Source: Planctomycetota bacterium (GTDB lineage: Bacteria; JAJVIF01; JAPKYR01). From it: DNA of 64,000 nt. This document shows, piece after piece, positions 62,168-64,000 of this stretch. The notes beneath the pieces are model-generated. The model saw only the letters and a program-made list of their open reading frames with translations. It made no database searches and had not been told where the DNA came from. The stretch spans positions 17,334 through 81,333 of the forward strand of contig JAUWTM010000002.1 of NCBI GenBank assembly GCA_030614715.1, given 5' to 3'. Made by a program: the position numbers and the translations under genes. Numbering within the stretch: position 1 is the first letter of the stretch; the number at the start of each line of letters is the position of its first letter.

Positions 62168-62641
62168 CTAGTACTGCGGCATCTGCGACATGTCGAATCC
62201 CATGTCTTCCATACCCTGCGCCATCGCCGCTAAGTCAATATCGAGATCGTTAATCTTCCACGAGGCGCCCTTCTTTACCATGACCCACTTGACCCACGGC
62301 ATTTCAGGCTGCCAGACACGTGCTGTGTCTCCGTCAATCGTGTACTCGTACATCTCGGCAAGCTCGGATGCGTTGGGCATCTCTGATCCCGGGATCGAGT
62401 ACTCTGCAGGCATGAAACCCATCATCGTTTCGATTCCGGTCATGTATGAGCTGTTGAAACTGTCGGTGCAGTATCGCTTCGCCTTGTCCGAGTCCCTGTC
62501 GACAAGTGCGAGTGAGAACTTTGCCAGCACTTTGTCAGGCGGACCCGAGGAGCATCCTGCAAACGCAAAACTGACGAGGATTGACAGCAGCACAAGCAGC
62601 GCGATCTTTGATAAAACAAATGTTCCTTGTCTGGAGAGCAT
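62168..62641 (-). CDS. Small lipoprotein (paralog of 52618-53085)
   Basis: Start ATG 62641 with GGAGGTG upstream. Lipobox FAFAG|C. DKAKRYCTDSF...TARVWQPE...WVMVKKGASWKINDLDIDL. The longer track ORF runs into REP repeats. Confidence 0.7.
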   Translation of the reverse strand: MLSRQGTFVLSKIALLVLLSILVSFAFAGCSSGPPDKVLAKFSLALVDRDSDKAKRYCTDSFNSSYMTGIETMMGFMPAEYSIPGSEMPNASELAEMYEYTIDGDTARVWQPEMPWVKWVMVKKGASWKINDLDIDLAAMAQGMEDMGFDMSQMPQY

Positions 62642-62687
62642 TTGCCACCTCCCATTTGATTGTGTTATTGAAATAATAACATATTTA

Positions 62688-62857
62688 CCCGTAGCGGCGC
62701 ATGGCAATGCGTCGCGATTGAAATAAACATCCGTAGCACAGCACGGCAGTGCGTCCAACCTGGATAAATATGCATTCCGTAGCACTCGCCGCGGCGGGCA
62801 GTGCGTTTGCTATTACATGAATTGAAAAATAACGACGCATTGCCATGCGTCGCTACG
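62688..62857. repeat. Nested REP-like repeat cluster (CCGTAGC-headed hairpin units)
   Basis: Outer inverted pair CGTAGCGGCGCATGGCAATGCGTC (62690-62713) and its reverse complement with 1 mismatch (62834-62857). Inner units CCGTAGCACAGCACGGCAGTGCGT (62731-62754) and the variant CCGTAGCACTCGCCGCGGCGGGCAGTGCGT (62777-62806). Confidence 0.85.
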
Positions 62858-62887
62858 TTTGATCTTCAAAATACTGTAATTAAAAAC

Positions 62888-64000
62888 TCAGGGTTGGGGA
62901 AACAATCCTGATAATGCCTGCTGTGGATCTTCAAGAAGCACATCAATCGGTACATCCGACCTCTCTCCAGTCTTCCGCACCTTCACCTCGACCTTGCCGC
63001 TTTCGTGGGATCGCTTACCGAGAATCAACTGAATGGGAATGCCCAGGAGGTCCGCGTCCTTGAACTTGAATCCCGGCGACTGGTCACGGTCGTCGAGAAG
63101 CGCTTCAATACCGGCTTCCCAGCATTTCTCGTAGATCTTCTCAGCAGTGTCCCAGAGCTCCTTATTGCGCGCATCGAGTGGCAGGATCGTCACCTGGTAC
63201 GGCGCGATGCTCATCGGCCAGACGATGCCGTTTTCGTCGGCGTGCTCCTCGATCGCTCCGACCATTATCCGCTCGATTCCTATGCCGTAGCAGCCCATGA
63301 TGATCGGTTTCTCCACGTTGTTCTCATCGAGGAACATGCAGCCCATCGAGTCCGAGTATTTCGTGCCCAGCTTGAAGATATGACCGAGTTCGATTGCGCG
63401 TTCGACCCTGAGTTCACCGTCGCAATGCGAGCACTTTTCGCCCGGCTTTGCCTGGCGAAGGTCGACCACCTCACCGTCGAAATCCCGTCCCTTGGTTAAA
63501 TTACGGATATGGTAATGATCCTTGTTCGCGCCACCCACGAACGGAACACCGTCGGTAATGGACTCGTCTATGATAATCCTGACATCGTCGCGTTTAAGAC
63601 CGACCGGACCGATAAAGCCCGGCTCCGCTCCCGACATCTCCTTGATCTCCTCGGGATGAGCGGGACGGTATTCCTCTCCCTTGAGCGCGACCTCCATCTT
63701 GGCCTCGCTGACGTCGAGATCACCCCTGATCAGGACCAGAAGGGGTTTTTCACCATCGACAAGCGTGTAAACCACGCTCTTCATCGTCTCGGACTCACCG
63801 ACCTTCAGAAAGCCTGCGACCTCCTCGATTGTCCGGCTGTCCGGCGTGTGCACCTCTTCTGGAGGGACATCGAGAGCTTCGTGATGGCTGATACGGCTCT
63901 TCGCCACTTCGAGATTCGACTGGTAACCGCAGGAATCGCAGATTACGATGGAATCCTCACCGGCGTCGCAGGCAAGCATGAACTCCTCGCTCCCGGTACC
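62888..64000 (-). CDS. proS: Prolyl-tRNA synthetase, C-terminal part (N-terminus lies beyond the window)
   Basis: INS/editing-like segment (MKSVVYTLVDGEKPLLVLIRGD), class II motif-3 region (GCYGIGIERIMVGAIEEHADENGIVWP) and anticodon-binding domain (APYQVTILPL). The frame is open to position 64000. Confidence 0.9.
   Translation of the reverse strand, partial: GTGSEEFMLACDAGEDSIVICDSCGYQSNLEVAKSRISHHEALDVPPEEVHTPDSRTIEEVAGFLKVGESETMKSVVYTLVDGEKPLLVLIRGDLDVSEAKMEVALKGEEYRPAHPEEIKEMSGAEPGFIGPVGLKRDDVRIIIDESITDGVPFVGGANKDHYHIRNLTKGRDFDGEVVDLRQAKPGEKCSHCDGELRVERAIELGHIFKLGTKYSDSMGCMFLDENNVEKPIIMGCYGIGIERIMVGAIEEHADENGIVWPMSIAPYQVTILPLDARNKELWDTAEKIYEKCWEAGIEALLDDRDQSPGFKFKDADLLGIPIQLILGKRSHESGKVEVKVRKTGERSDVPIDVLLEDPQQALSGLFPQP

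Noticed and set aside
62642-62785. 48-codon N-terminal extension of the small lipoprotein ORF.
   Set aside because: The extension is translated REP repeat (DALPCCAT, DALPCAAT). ATG 62641 has GGAGGTG upstream and gives a normal lipoprotein signal.

Overview
Moderately GC-rich chromosomal segment from a diderm bacterium (secretin and many lipobox lipoproteins), probably an uncultivated lineage. I recognised no rRNA, tRNA, CRISPR array, transposase or integrase. Contents, left to right. (1) 10-14395: a type IV pilus / T2SS-like cluster with four tandem pilin paralogs, pilM, pilN, pilO-like and pilP-like genes, an unusually large 1576-aa multi-AMIN secretin with an internal duplication and E/P-rich linkers, two envelope proteins and a PilT ATPase. 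(2) 14531-17042: a GT1/GT4-type glycosyltransferase and a cytoplasmic HExxH protein. (3) 17123-30366: five tandem, diverged minus-strand paralogs encoding secreted proteins with lamin-tail domain + beta-sandwich + C39-like Cys/His/Asp peptidase-like domain + thrombospondin-type-3-like Ca-binding repeats + a W-rich C-terminal domain. One paralog carries an in-frame TGA followed by 47 conserved codons. (4) 30905-39873: a nine-gene redox cluster, korDABC + hdrCBA + frdB/frdA-like. (5) aroE, aroC, an orphan ORF and an aroK-aroB fusion. (6) pnp (with an RGG-type tail) and rpsO. (7) 47506-49729: an AT-rich two-gene islet with a GNAT-like/ASCH fusion and a long-form dCTP-deaminase-family protein. (8) A pterin-related cluster: FAD oxidoreductase, PCD, SDR, folB. 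(9) 52618-62641: a surface-lipoprotein locus with three ~950-aa lipoproteins that share a novel N-terminal domain fused to LVIVD or PKD+SBBP propellers, bracketed by two small paralogous lipoproteins. (10) The 3' part of proS. Several REP-like hairpin repeat families sit in intergenic regions. The most promising candidates for undescribed biology are the five-gene secreted peptidase-like array with its interrupted member, the AT-rich cytosine-nucleotide-related islet, and the surface-lipoprotein locus. All domain calls come from motif recognition by eye and need profile or structure searches.
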